64,000 bases of DNA from Lytechinus pictus (taxonomy: Eukaryota): the NCBI RefSeq assembly GCF_037042905.1, contig NC_087246.1:4900001-4964000 (forward strand), given 5' to 3'. Positions within the stretch are counted from its first letter, which is position 1; the number at the start of each line of letters is the position of its first letter. The position numbers and the translations under genes are program-made. Positions 29,301 through 40,900 of this stretch are shown here, piece by piece. Below the pieces are notes generated by a model. That model saw only the letters and a list, made by a program, of their open reading frames with translations, was not told where the DNA came from and searched no databases.

Positions 29301-30511
29301 GATGACACACTGTAATAAAACGCTATTAAAATTTTAAACACATTGTTTAAGCTTGTCGCTCTAACAACAAGTTTTTTAACGAAAAAATTGTTTAAAGTTT
29401 GTAAATTAAATTGCTTAAACTTTTTTTAAATAACACGTTTAAAACTTTAAATAATTGTTAGATTGACTGGTTTAAACAACATTTTTACTGGGCAGAGTGG
29501 AGTAATGAATCTCGATTAATATCGAATCTGACTACAAATATCTGACAAAAATAAAAAAATAAAGTTGACACTTGAGATGTATACTTACTCAACTTCAGTG
29601 TGAGGAGAAGGAAGTTCACCAATCGTTGTCAGTGTCATGGTTGACCAATAGAAGGAAACAAGGTATTTCAATGCCAAAGTAGCGTTATCCCCATCAGGTC
29701 CATAAGTTATATCTGGTGCAAGTTGATGAACTGACTCTTCGCAGATAAGATAGTAAGCCGCTGCTGTCCAATGCAAGCCAAGTAGTAAGATGTGTGTTAG
29801 ATAGAGGACACGAAAGGTATTCGGAAGATATGTTCTTGTTTCAACCTTGGTATACCATGTGTAGAATCTGTAGGCCCTAAGGAATCTTGGAAACCTGATA
29901 ATTGTGTGCAGAGTTTCTGTATTGATGAGATAGAACAGATCTGTTGGCAGGAGGGAGATGATGTCAACAATAAATGCCTTTGACTTAACGTAATGACATA
30001 GTAGAATCTTTACGTCCGTGACTAGAAGACCTTCTTCCAGGTACGCAGTACGGGCCTGAACCACGATGTCAAGAATGTAGATAAAGTCACAGAAGTAGTC
30101 CGCAATGAACCAACCAACGGGACTCTTATCCTGGAGCTCTGGCCAGGCCTCACGGGCAATCAACACCCAGAGATTATACACCACAGCAATGCTGACCACT
30201 GTCAACCAGTAGAGAAGAAAATCACCATCAGGAACAAAGATTGTCTTCATTCCGTATTCGTCCCCGTCACTCTCATCTCTTTCTTCAATGACCACAGACA
30301 TGACGGTTGAGCCACATTTCGTTGTGTGGTTACTAACATCAGGTTGTCTTCTTGTGGTAAATCTCTTAAGAAACGAATCCACCAGTACTGGCTGTCCACT
30401 TGTCATGTTATTTTTTCGATTCATCTTTTTCTTTTTCCTTGCAGCCGCAATTGGTGAAAGCACAACACGGCCCTGACTCACCATGGTCGGCGCTGGTTCC
30501 TCCGACATCAT
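14697..30511 (-). CDS. Cyclic nucleotide-gated cation channel subunit, CNG-like (CNGL-type) paralog A; 11 coding exons, ~696 aa
   Basis: Hand-spliced exons (minus): 30511-29589, 29000-28942, 27233-27172, 26471-26383, 25546-25444, 21440-21286, 20049-19963, 19146-19050, 17530-17403, 17029-16828, 14882-14697 (TAG). Total 2091 nt, all GT-AG, in phase. Motifs: S4 IIRFPRFLRAYR, pore YWSTMTLTTIGELPSP, S6 IGIFIFATVVGQVGNII, C-linker RWYDYTW and ELALHVNLQTLKKV, CNBD GDYFGEDGIL...RRIADVYSVGFSELFSLSREDV, C-terminal coiled coil. Confidence 0.9.
14900..15445. repeat. (ATG/GAT)n microsatellite and low-complexity tract in the last intron of gene A
   Basis: Direct reading. It produces spurious poly-Met/His ORFs. 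Confidence 0.95.
18024..18842. mobile_element. hAT-like non-autonomous element (CAGGGGCGTAACAGG family) with a nested SINE/L2-type tail at ~18490-18722
   Basis: TIR CAGGGGCGTAACAGG / CCTGTTACGCCACTG. TSD ggggtaac / ggggcaac. Nested piece ends aagcgctttataaaaattggc(tat)n. Confidence 0.75.
21675..22377 (+). mobile_element. 3' fragment of an L2/Crack-type LINE in gene A intron 5
   Basis: ORF 21575..22015 ends in a typical ORF2 C-terminus (LKWMTL...MIYKCVHNVAPSYL...WNKL...SFKR), followed by a cagggcccc...gggctaccctg stem and an (AAAT)n tail. Confidence 0.8.
23865..25072. mobile_element. hAT-like non-autonomous element (CAGTGGCGTA family) with internal GCGCGAAGCGCGAGCTG subrepeats
   Basis: TIR CAGTGGCGTA / TACGCCATTG. 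8-bp TSD gttatata / gttatatg. Confidence 0.8.
25919..26785. repeat. Microsatellite cluster (CTA)n 25919-26053, (CTA)n 26243-26352, (AAT)n/(AAG)n 26545-26785 around gene A exon 4
   Basis: Direct reading. Confidence 0.95.
27688..27971 (-). mobile_element. tRNA-derived SINE
   Basis: Minus strand ggagcgttgtggtccagtggattagtcttctgact...gggttcgaatccc. Same central domain and (TTA)n tail. Confidence 0.8.
28001..28823. mobile_element. Putative non-autonomous DNA transposon with a central palindrome
   Basis: Ends TAAGGGT / ACCCTTTTA flanked by ataacgt direct repeats. Internal ~40-bp inverted repeat at 28332-28421 built on a tgtcgtacgggac motif. Confidence 0.5.
29589..30511 (-). CDS. Gene A first coding exon (N-terminus, S1-S5, pore loop)
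   Basis: ORF 29585..30511 (308 aa) with transmembrane helices and TTIGE pore. GCCATG start context. Ends GA|gtaagt donor at 29588. Confidence 0.92.
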
Positions 30512-31896
30512 GGCAGAAATTGTCCTATTACAATACCCCAGCTGGAGATTTATGCTTGGTAAATGCTACCTAAATACCCTGAACAATGAATATGTTTTTC
30601 TGTTGTTTATAGTGGTTAAGCAGATGTTTGCTTCCTCACTGGAAAGCAAATATTTCAATAGACGAATCATTTCCAGAGTCAACAATACTTTTCATTACCT
30701 ATGTCGGCTTTTAATAAGCATGCTCAATTGAGTTGGTCTGTACTAGAAGCTGTGAAAGCAAGAAGTGTATCCGTCAGTTATTCATTAGGCCTACTATAAA
30801 TCACATCTAGTAAGTTACATAGGGAAATGAAAGTCTCGTGGATCCGGGTAATTTTGTGTATTAAGTACATCAAGCATTCTAGTCGTTAAAATTCTATATT
30901 ATGTTTTTACATGATATCGTTTTGGTCGTTACGCTTCCGAAACTGGTAAGGGTACTCATATGAGGAATCCGTCCCCGAATATTTACTTAGAGTTGAGCAG
31001 CTGATCGAACTTCTTCTTCTTATGTTGGTTTGAGTGGAGATTACCATTGACTTTATCTATAAAATCGCTCTTCTCACATAGACTAATGATTATTATTACC
31101 AATATATAATTATGAATTTTGTTTTCTTGTGCATCCTTTCAGTATGAAAAAGACGGGAAAAAGATTACACAAAAACTCTTCTGTCTAAAATGGCATACAA
31201 AGAATCTTCACCAGAAACAAGCCAATATCTTCAGCACAGTTCCAACTAGTGACGAATGCAGTATGTATTTAAAACGACTATCATTACCCAGGTCTTATTC
31301 AGATCCTATATCCACCTCTGCTGTAAAGTCGTTCAAAGTTTAGAAGATTTATCCAGAATACCATAACCCGTGATGACCGATTAACCTTGTAGATAGAAAG
31401 TCTTCTCGTCTAACCGCGATAACGCTTGTCAATTAAATGAAAGAGCTTGAGAGTACGGAATCCTTCTCGCGATTAATTTAATTGTTCCCTGATCACTGAT
31501 GAAATATTATCAATATTCTATGAATAGACTGGGAAATTCCAGTTAGTACAAAGTCATCGTTTAGTAGGCTATCGAAAAATGGTATAAGCCCTAGTCACAC
31601 TAGTAGCAGAATAAACCAGGATGTGATGCATAGGAATGAACTTTCTTTAGTTATTATATATAATGTATGTGTATTTGAAATTCGTTCTGAGTATAGTTCA
31701 ACCATGCTGTAACAGTTCGCTCCAATTCGTGATTTGCAGCATGAATAATTTACTTTATATGAACAACACTTTCCTTATAAATAGTATACTACATCCAACT
31801 TTGAATACATGCTATATCGCATTTTGAGAGAGAGCTGTAAGAATAATCAACTTTAAAACGACAACACTGACAGCAGCTACTGGAAGGCATCCTTAA

Positions 31897-32976
31897 AGGG
31901 GAATCCAACCCAAATAAAAACTTGTTTTTATAAGAAAAAGAAAAATCAGACAAGTTGATAGGTGAAAGTTTGAACAATATTGGACAAACAACAAGAAAGT
32001 TATGAATTTTTAAAAGTTGTAAATATTGGTAATCACTATACTCATGGAGACTTCAAATTGGCCACATATGGGATGTCATAGTGATGTAAGGCAAGGACTA
32101 CTCTTCCATGTACTCCACTACATATTATGGCTAAAATGTCATTTTTCCTCAAAGTTTTATTTCAAATTATATTTTTCTTTCATGAGGACATTAAACAATA
32201 TACTACCTGGGTTATATTTAGATTACTGCCCCAGGGGAATGGGTACTTAGGAGAAAACCACAAATCCCTGATAATAAAGTACATGGCCTATGGGAAAGTT
32301 GTCCTTGCCCCTTGTCATAATTTACTTACCCAGTTGCCAATTTGAAATCTACATACTATTAGTGATCCCAATTTTAAAGCAGCTATAACTTTCTTATTTC
32401 TTGTCCGATTTCTTTCAAATTTTCACCATTCTGTTTAATTTATTTTTCTCCTTCCCTACACAACAACAAGAAAGTTATGACATTTTAAAGTTTCGCTTAA
32501 TAATATTTCACAAAACAGTTATATGCACATCCTGGTCGGTATGCAAATTGGCAGACTGATGACATCACCCACTCACTATTTCTTTTGTATTTTATTATAT
32601 GAAATATGAAGTATTCTAATGTTCTCCTCGTCAAGTGAAACAAAGTTTTATTTCTCCCTGAACATGTGGAATTACCATTATTTTAACAGTTTATGGTTAA
32701 GTTAAGTTGATCCGTATTGCCAAATCTGTAAAAATTGAAATATTGTATTATTCAAACAATAAAAACAAAAGAAATAGTGAGTGATGGACATCATCGACTC
32801 TCTCATTTGCACATCGCTGAGTTGTGCATTTCACTGTTTTGTGAAAAATAAGCGAAACTTAAAAATGTCATAACTTTCTTATTTTACGACCAATTTCGAT
32901 GAAATTTGCAGCGTTGTGTTTATTTGATTTTTCTCTATCGATTCAAATCAACAATTTTCTGGGGTGGACTTGACCT
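31897..32976. mobile_element. Composite TTAA-flanked (Kolobok-like) MITE
   Basis: Left end TTAA|AGGGGAATCCAACCC, right end GGGGTGGACTTGACCT|TTAA. The right ~510 bp matches the 61937-62539 family, the left ~570 bp is a related but different family. Confidence 0.7.
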
Positions 32977-33302
32977 TTAAGGTTTGAAACTATCATTTGA
33001 ACCTTGCCGATTAATTTTTTAATTTTTTTTTTCTGTTGATTCATATTGATTTTGAATAAGTGTAACTGGGGCAAAGGATATATCATTTGCTCTTTGAACT
33101 CCAACCACAGGAAACTAGGTAGCGGAAGTTTGTTGCTCTGGAAAGGATCGGACATAAAGCATATTGAAAATGACATTTCTTTTTTTTTTCGTTTCTGGAA
33201 CTATTATGTCTGGCTTCTCTTTTTTCTTCATAAGAGATTTATTGATATTGTGATTTTACAAAACTATATGCACAATGAGCAAACATTGCGCATTGATTGG
33301 GG

Positions 33303-34432
33303 CACGGGTGTAAAACCCGGGGGGATGGGGGAATACTTTTCGGAGAGGGGGGATGGCATGTTCAATCATCCCCCACTTTTCAAGATTAAAAAAAAAATAA
33401 TAATAATCACCAAATGGTTAATACCACTATTAATGTAAGATTTATCTTTAAATACAGTCAAAGTGCATCAATTGGCCTAATTTTGCATTCTCAAAATGCA
33501 AAATTTCTCGCGCGGTCGCTCCTCTCCCGCGCTCATCAACATATTCTTACAAGAATTTGGCCATGACAAATAGCTACGTTTAGCTTATTGCTAATGTTAT
33601 ATCCACTGTATTATGGAAGTTTAATTATAATAAGTCCATTTATTAATATGATTCCAATGACTTTCAAATATGATTATAAATTTTACCATAAACGAATGAA
33701 AACATTTTTTTTTTAATTGTGCAGGGCCCCTTGGTAGAGCAGTTTTGTAACTGAAAGGGCTACCCTGCTGAAATAAAACGGAAATAAATAAAACATACAC
33801 TTTCGTGAATATGGGAGGGGTCATCTGGTATCTTTGTGGAAGCGGTATTTTGTACGAAAAATATTTGGCCTACCGTATTCTTCAAAAGTATACGATGAGT
33901 TACTGATGACATCGAACAAATCAATGCCGTTAATGAAACATTCATCTTTACCGTTTAATCCATTTATAGGGGAATTTAAATCACACTAATCAACACAACA
34001 ATATAATAAATATTTCATAAATGAATTTTGCTCAAAATTTGGAATGTTGCATCATCTCCCAATATAATCTTAAATATTATTCGAAATCTTTCATTTTCAT
34101 ATTCATCATTGTGGTATTTCCACGTTTTTGGAAGTTTAGATTTCGTAGAAATTATTTATTTCGTGCAATCGCAAGGAAGTGTTTTATCTGGACTCCAGGA
34201 ATCTCCAAAGAAGTGGAAGGATAAGCTATAGAGCATGCGTCGTGCCTTGATTTGACCGTGCACGTGGCATGTTATGAACCCTTGAGTGGGCAGGTACGTC
34301 AGATAAAAGGATTATGTACACGGTATACACAGCCCTAGGTGTGGGGGGTGTCCCCCAAATTTTCAATTTTCAGGTCAATATATTGCTTTCACCCCCCCCC
34401 CCCCCACTGCTCGAACCGGATTTACGCCAGTG
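33303..34432. mobile_element. hAT-like non-autonomous element
   Basis: Imperfect TIR CACGGGTGTAAA / TTTACGCCAGTG. Perfect 8-bp TSD gattgggg on both sides. Contains an L2-type tail fragment at ~33720-33792. Confidence 0.7.
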
Positions 34433-35587
34433 GATTGGGGACAAAATTACACTCGAACAACCATAAAATGCACATTATTTTGACCACAGTCGTCAAAATT
34501 GGGGAGCCCAGGCCTCCCTTGAACATGATGAAAGAGGATCCGAAAACGAAACAATTTCAAGTGTCAGTAATTTGTTCATTACGACATTCATTTTGTCTAT
34601 TTCCAACCAGGACTAGATTCAAGCTCGCCAAAGCTTGCATAATAATTTAGAGAATTTGATTGATTTGGCCTGACTGAACTCTTGCTTTTGGTTCTGAAAT
34701 TAAATTTAGTAAATTTAATATTTTTATTTCTATATCTAGCACCAAAAGAAGAGCCGTGAAATCCTCGAATCGCACCCTTTTCATGTGTACCTCCGAAAAA
34801 TCATTGGGAAAAAGAAAACATTTTGCTCATGCCGGACCAATTAACCCTCGCTTTCACAGTTTCTTAAAAAAAACAAAAAAATCTGGAAAAAGAGCGACCC
34901 CCCGCATCCTCCCCCTCCCTCCCCCTCTCTTACAATCTCATTCTCTCCCCCTCCCTCTCTCTCTCTCCCTCTCGCTATCTTTCTGCTTGTTTGTTTGCTT
35001 ATTTATTTTGTTTGTTTGTTTCCCTCTCTGCTTTCATTTAGAAGCCGTGAGTATTGACTTGAAAATACAAATAAGAATTTTGTCATTCATATATCACCAC
35101 ACTGCGCATGCCGAGACGACCGAGTTGTCATATTTTTGGTCATTGCTTTATTCAGCGGAAGTGCGAAATGGATATACGTATTATGAACCTAAATCTAGAA
35201 TCATATTAATATTCATCTTTGACACTGAGCCTATTGCAAATCAAATAGATGATCATTATATCGTTCTATGAGCAGCAAGTTTGTGCGATTTCTACAAGGT
35301 GCTAACGTACTCATAAAATAGTTGTTTTCAAATTCAATGGCGAATAACAAAAATCAATTTATTGGCACATTCTGTTCTTTTCCTTCAAATGCAAGTAATT
35401 CGTCAATAGTACTGTTCAAATTAAATGACTGCTAGAAACTGTATAAACATGACAAAGTACTGAGCAAAGGAGGAATTTACATGATTTACAAAAAAAACAC
35501 ACCTAATTATAATTACAATAAGGTTTGATGCTACACATACAGTATTTACACGCTGCCCCGGCTCATGGGTCTACCCCGTGAGCCGAG

Positions 35588-35747
35588 TAGTCTGCTGGGC
35601 AAACCCTTCACTAGAGTTAAGGGTCTGAATGTGCAGCCTACTCATGCCTTGTATACTGAAGGCTCTCTCGCTCAGGTATGTGCTAGTCTTTGCGTGGAGG
35701 CACACTTGTTGATCAAAGTTCCAATCAGGGTCTGTGCCTGTAGACTA
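35588..35747. mobile_element. Short TAG...CTA element with 9-bp TSD (AcademH-like non-autonomous)
   Basis: TAGTCTGC ... GTAGACTA. TSD tgagccgag / cgagccgag. Confidence 0.6.
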
Positions 35748-37909
35748 CGAGCCGAGGCAGCATACAAGGTAATAGGGGTGTAACTTTACTTACTAACAAG
35801 GTCAAGTGGAGGATAATCAGGAGGATAGATTGGCATCACAAAATACCATTGGCGTACTGGTTTTGGGGCTACCACCCATCCATCCAAAATATAAACTGGT
35901 ATTTATTTATTTTGGGGGAGGGGTTAATTCAATATTTCAGCGATATGATTTTATAAAAATTTCTTTTGATATATGGCCGGTCGACTCTCTTGCTTCGTTT
36001 GCTCGTAATTTTAGAGAAAAAAAATCATTAAAAAACCCGCTTCTCAAAATTGTCTTATACTCACAAATTCTAAAGAGCTAATATTCTCTTATTACGTTAA
36101 CATGCATCCGGGGGCAGGGGACGCCCCGTGAAAATATTGGGGCAAACACTTTGATTAGCCTCTGCCTTATAATTTTGACAACTTGAAAAAATTCATAATA
36201 TGTAATGAATGTTTGAAGAGGCATCGTAAAGCACTGTAAAACCATGAAACAATAAAATACTATTAAAGATACAAAATTATAAACTTTTCGGCGCGCATGC
36301 GCGCGAAATTCTGTATCCTAATTCGATGCGCAAAGCGAGCCGAACGTTTTGGACACTTTTTGTAACTTTGCCTCCCCCATCTGAAACATATATCATCAGG
36401 GGCTAATGCTTGGAATAGTGTTTCTCTGTAAACGGAATGAAGATTGTGATGTTTGAATCTGGGTGGATCCGGGATTTCATGATAAAGGAGATGGGAACTG
36501 AAAGTGGATCGATTTTGTTTAGAAAAAAATGGGGCTCTGACAACAAATAATCGAAACCCATCTTTACTTCCAAAATGGGCACTTTAATTCTTGTCACGTA
36601 CAACCGGGTGCATCTTTCAGCCAAAATGGGAGGCACACACCCCCTCATCCAACATGTTAAAGGCCTGAATCTGTGCCTGCTTTATATATTTTTTTTCCAA
36701 GCATACTTTGAATTTGTAAAGCAAACGGTGTTTGTTCATTTGTCAAGCATGTTTATAATTGTGATATTTGACAAATATGGAATATAATTTATTTTTGCTA
36801 ATAAGGCATATTTAAATCTAAGTAATTTCTCAATCCAAACGAGAGTAACCTTTCTTGTAAAGGATTTTTTTCTCAAGAAAAAAGAAGAAAATATTCAGTG
36901 AACCATTTCGTGAAATTAAAATTAATCTACTTAATTACGTATACAAGGGCCTCAGAAATCTTCATTTTCGGATATCATCGACCTAAAATGATCAATTTAT
37001 TCTCATATTAGCTATCTAATTTGTCTATCGGTACTTCATATACAGAATATTTAACCACATGTGTACACATCAATATTCGGCCTCCCGGAGACACTTTGGA
37101 CCTATTACAACAAAGTAAGCATTATAATTATGATGATAGCGAATAACATGGAATGTATAAATGTCGAGACAAAACATGAACAATTTAAACTATTACATCG
37201 TGAATATCAATTAGCATTATTCAAGGCTGGGCTTAATATATGAAAATGGACGGCGATATATACTAAATAGATGTATACCACTATACGGTCGTGTGTTTTT
37301 TTTTCTGAATCCACGACAGACGTAGGCTATAAGAACTCTTCCCAATTTCTTTGGCACAATGATAGATAAGGTTTTTGACAACGATGGAAGGGAGAAAAAA
37401 ATAAAAACATGCAAGTTGTACATTAGATAAATAGATAGAATGAAAATGAGTTTAGTTTCGATTATAGAATTAATAAAACAAAGGAACCAGGCATAATTAT
37501 ATTTAGTTAGATTTAGGTAAAGAAAACAATCCGATATTTTTTACTGACCTGAATTACAAATACCGTTTTAATCACACACAACACTTCAGACGTTTGACTT
37601 TCCCAATATTTAGCACAGAAAATGCACCGAATACAGAAAGAAAGACAAAAATAATAATCAAGAAAGTACATTATTACAATAAACATCAGAATATATGGAA
37701 AGAGATAATAAATTCAGAGCTGACTCCGGACAAAGAAACCGCATGACCATTTTGAACTTACACATTTTCGAAAATTTAAATTTTAAAATTAAGATAAAGA
37801 TTGCATCTGTTCCAACTCATTCATTTTATACATAATGTTTTGTCTCAACGGTCTTCTATTAATAGCTGGAACAGATTCAACCATAGGCATGATCTGATGA
37901 TAGACAAGT

Positions 37910-40900
37910 TCACTCTCTGCCATTGGTCACTACATCCTCTAATGACTGTATTTGTTTCTTCAGTTCTTGAATGGTTGCTTCCTTTGACTCGTTCTCTCGT
38001 TCGAGTGTCTTTATTCTGTCCGTTGTTGTCCCTTGAATTTCCTAAAACAATAAAAGCAAAATTTTTATTCAGATCTTGTGTACCTCGCAGTATCATTCCT
38101 CACTGAATAAGTCATAGTCTGGAAAAGTTTGATTACTTAGCTGATAAAAATGTGTGGTGTAAATATGTAATTTTATAAATGCCACAAGGGAATTGTTAGT
38201 GAGTTGATATTATTTATACCATTATTCCCATTCAATAATTGATTGATTGATTGATTGAGAATTTACTTTTCTTTCATTTCAAATTTCCAACAAAATTACA
38301 AAGTAAGACGAAATATAATACAACATTATGAAATGAATTCATTAGGTCATAGGAAGAGCACATAACAGAACGTTACAAGAACAAGAAATATATATATATA
38401 TATAAACTAATACAAGAACATAATAAACAATACAAGTAAAAAAAACATAAAACAAAGCTGCACAAGTAAGAGGCCAACTGGGGAGGGACAGAGACGGGAG
38501 AAAGAAGCGAAATGAAGAGAGGGAGAGGGCTGAAAGAGAGAGGGAGAGAGGGGGAGAGGGGGAGAGAGAGGGGGAGAGAGGGGAGAGAGAGGGGGAATGA
38601 GGGGGAGTGGTGGAAATGAGTGTGAAAGAAAAGATCTTCAAAATATCATAAGAAAGAGGCACGCACGATTGCCCCATAATGATGTCCAAAAATATAAAGA
38701 GGACAAACAAGCTAGTGAAAACTGATTCCTAATGAATTTTAATATAATGAAAGCTAGAAAGTGAAACGATAAATATTTTGTTCAACCTTACCTCGAATTC
38801 ATCTATTCGCTTTTCAAGTGCTAGAATATTTGCGTGTTTTGTCTCGTTAACTTGTTGCAGTGTCCTATTCATCTCTCTCAGTGTGTTTCTTTCTTCTTCC
38901 ATAATCCTTACCACTTGAGCGAATGGGCCCTGCATGTGAAATTCAAACAGCAATGTTAAAACTTCTATTAAAACAAATCAGAAATGGTCAATTAGCTACA
39001 TGGCGTATTTTTATCACCGGCTTCGAGCATGTTAACTTCATAGTATAATTATAAAGATATGAAATGTGTGATTTACTAATTTGTTTGTTCGGTTGTTTTT
39101 ATTGAGGGTGGATGTCTAGCTGCGTATTTATAGAACGTCTGGTCGTGTGGTCTAGTGGTTATAGCATTGTACTCATAATCGCAGGGTTGTGTGTTCGAAT
39201 CCCCTCTCTGCCATTATCTCCACTTTGATAAAAAGGCCCAAGAGTAATATCTGTCGTCTATATAGATTAGCCGCAATGACTGATTAAACTACACGTAAAA
39301 TGTTAAATAAATAGGTAATTGGTTATAAACCAGCTTGGCGTTTACCAGCAGAAAAGCTGTACTACCGAGTTACCATAAACAGAAACAGTCTGTTGATCTC
39401 GATTGATAGGCTGTGATTTCGGTAGATTTACTTATTACCATGAAATTGATTGATTGATTGATCAATTTTTTTTTCATTTCAAAGTCAGCAATAAAATTAC
39501 AAAGAAAGGCGAAAGATAAGACAGCAAGATGGAATGAAATGGGAACCTTCTGGAAAGCATGTTGATTTTTTTAGGTTCCCTATGGTTGCAGACCACGAAA
39601 CCTCTGATAAAATGCATTAGTGATTTGCTTACGATTTTGTCCGATAGCGTTTCTTCCAATCCCAAGGTTGTTGACGATGCCATGTTTTTGTCCTGTACTT
39701 TGGTCTCGACTACGCTAACCCGTTGTGTTACTAATGAATTCTGGCTTTGGTCGTGTACTTCTGCTTCATCTTGTTTGTTCTTAGTGGTTCCCAGTGGTGG
39801 ATCAAATGCACTGATGAGAGACAGTTTGTGATTGATATAGGATAACTGATTATAAAATATACAAAATCAAACAAACGTTAAACTTCATGAATATGGGAAT
39901 TGGTATGGTTTTTTTAAATTTCTACCAAGGTATTGAAGATTGGTATTCCTTGAATACTAGATTTTAATTTTTCATCTGACTGAGGGTTGTAATCTTTTTG
40001 CCCCCTGCATAATACCCCGAGAAAATCTTTGCTCGGGTCGAGGAAGTTCGAATAATCATCACAAGAAAGATACTACAAGCATAAGATGTGAGAGAACTAT
40101 CGACGGGGAATTTTTTGGTAGAGCGTTTTGTATATTGCAGGACCCTCTGTCGTAGGAGCATAATGTTGTAAGAGCATTTGTCACATGAACATTTCTCGTA
40201 CACTGCAAAAATGCCATTGTTAATTGCGCATACATTCGTAATTCCGAAGGTTCGTAATTCCGAAGGTTCGTTAGTCCGAAAACGAAATGAGGTTTGATAT
40301 TCCGAAGGTTCGTTAATCCGAAAAAGAAATGAGGTTCGTAATTCCGAAGGTTCGTTAGTCCGAAAACTAAATGATTAACTAACCTTATTTCGTTTTCGGA
40401 TTATCGAACCTTCGGAATAACGCCACAAATGTTCGGATTAACGAACCCTTTTACTTTTTCGGATTAACGAACATCGAGGTATAGGCAATTTACGTGTTTC
40501 GGAATTACGAACCTTCGGAAAAAGAACCTTCGGAATTACGAACCTTCGGAATTACGAAATGTAACCGTTAATTGAACACCAGCCTGGCATCTATATAGGA
40601 AAACACCAGTTTAGAATCAAACCGATATTGGTTTAACACTAATTGATGCTGCTCAAATGCCAAATTGGTGTTAGCCGAACGCCAAACTGGTGTTGTTTCA
40701 AAATTTCTCTGTTGGTGTTTAATTATTACCGGCGATTTTGCAGTGAAGGATATGCTTTAAAAGATCTTCAACATATATATCTTTCTGATTTAAACTGGCA
40801 TCCATATCCATGATAAAATCGATCTAAAGATTGGCTTACAGAATTTCTGTGTCTCTACTGACTTGATCATCACTATCGTCGTCAACATTCGTTTCAGCGT

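Noticed and set aside
37845..38096. ORF-track frame (GNSRDNNG...) as the last exon of gene B
   Set aside because: The phase-0 splice from exon 11 selects a different frame (EIQGTTTDRIKTLERENESK...), which is homologous to gene A's last exon.
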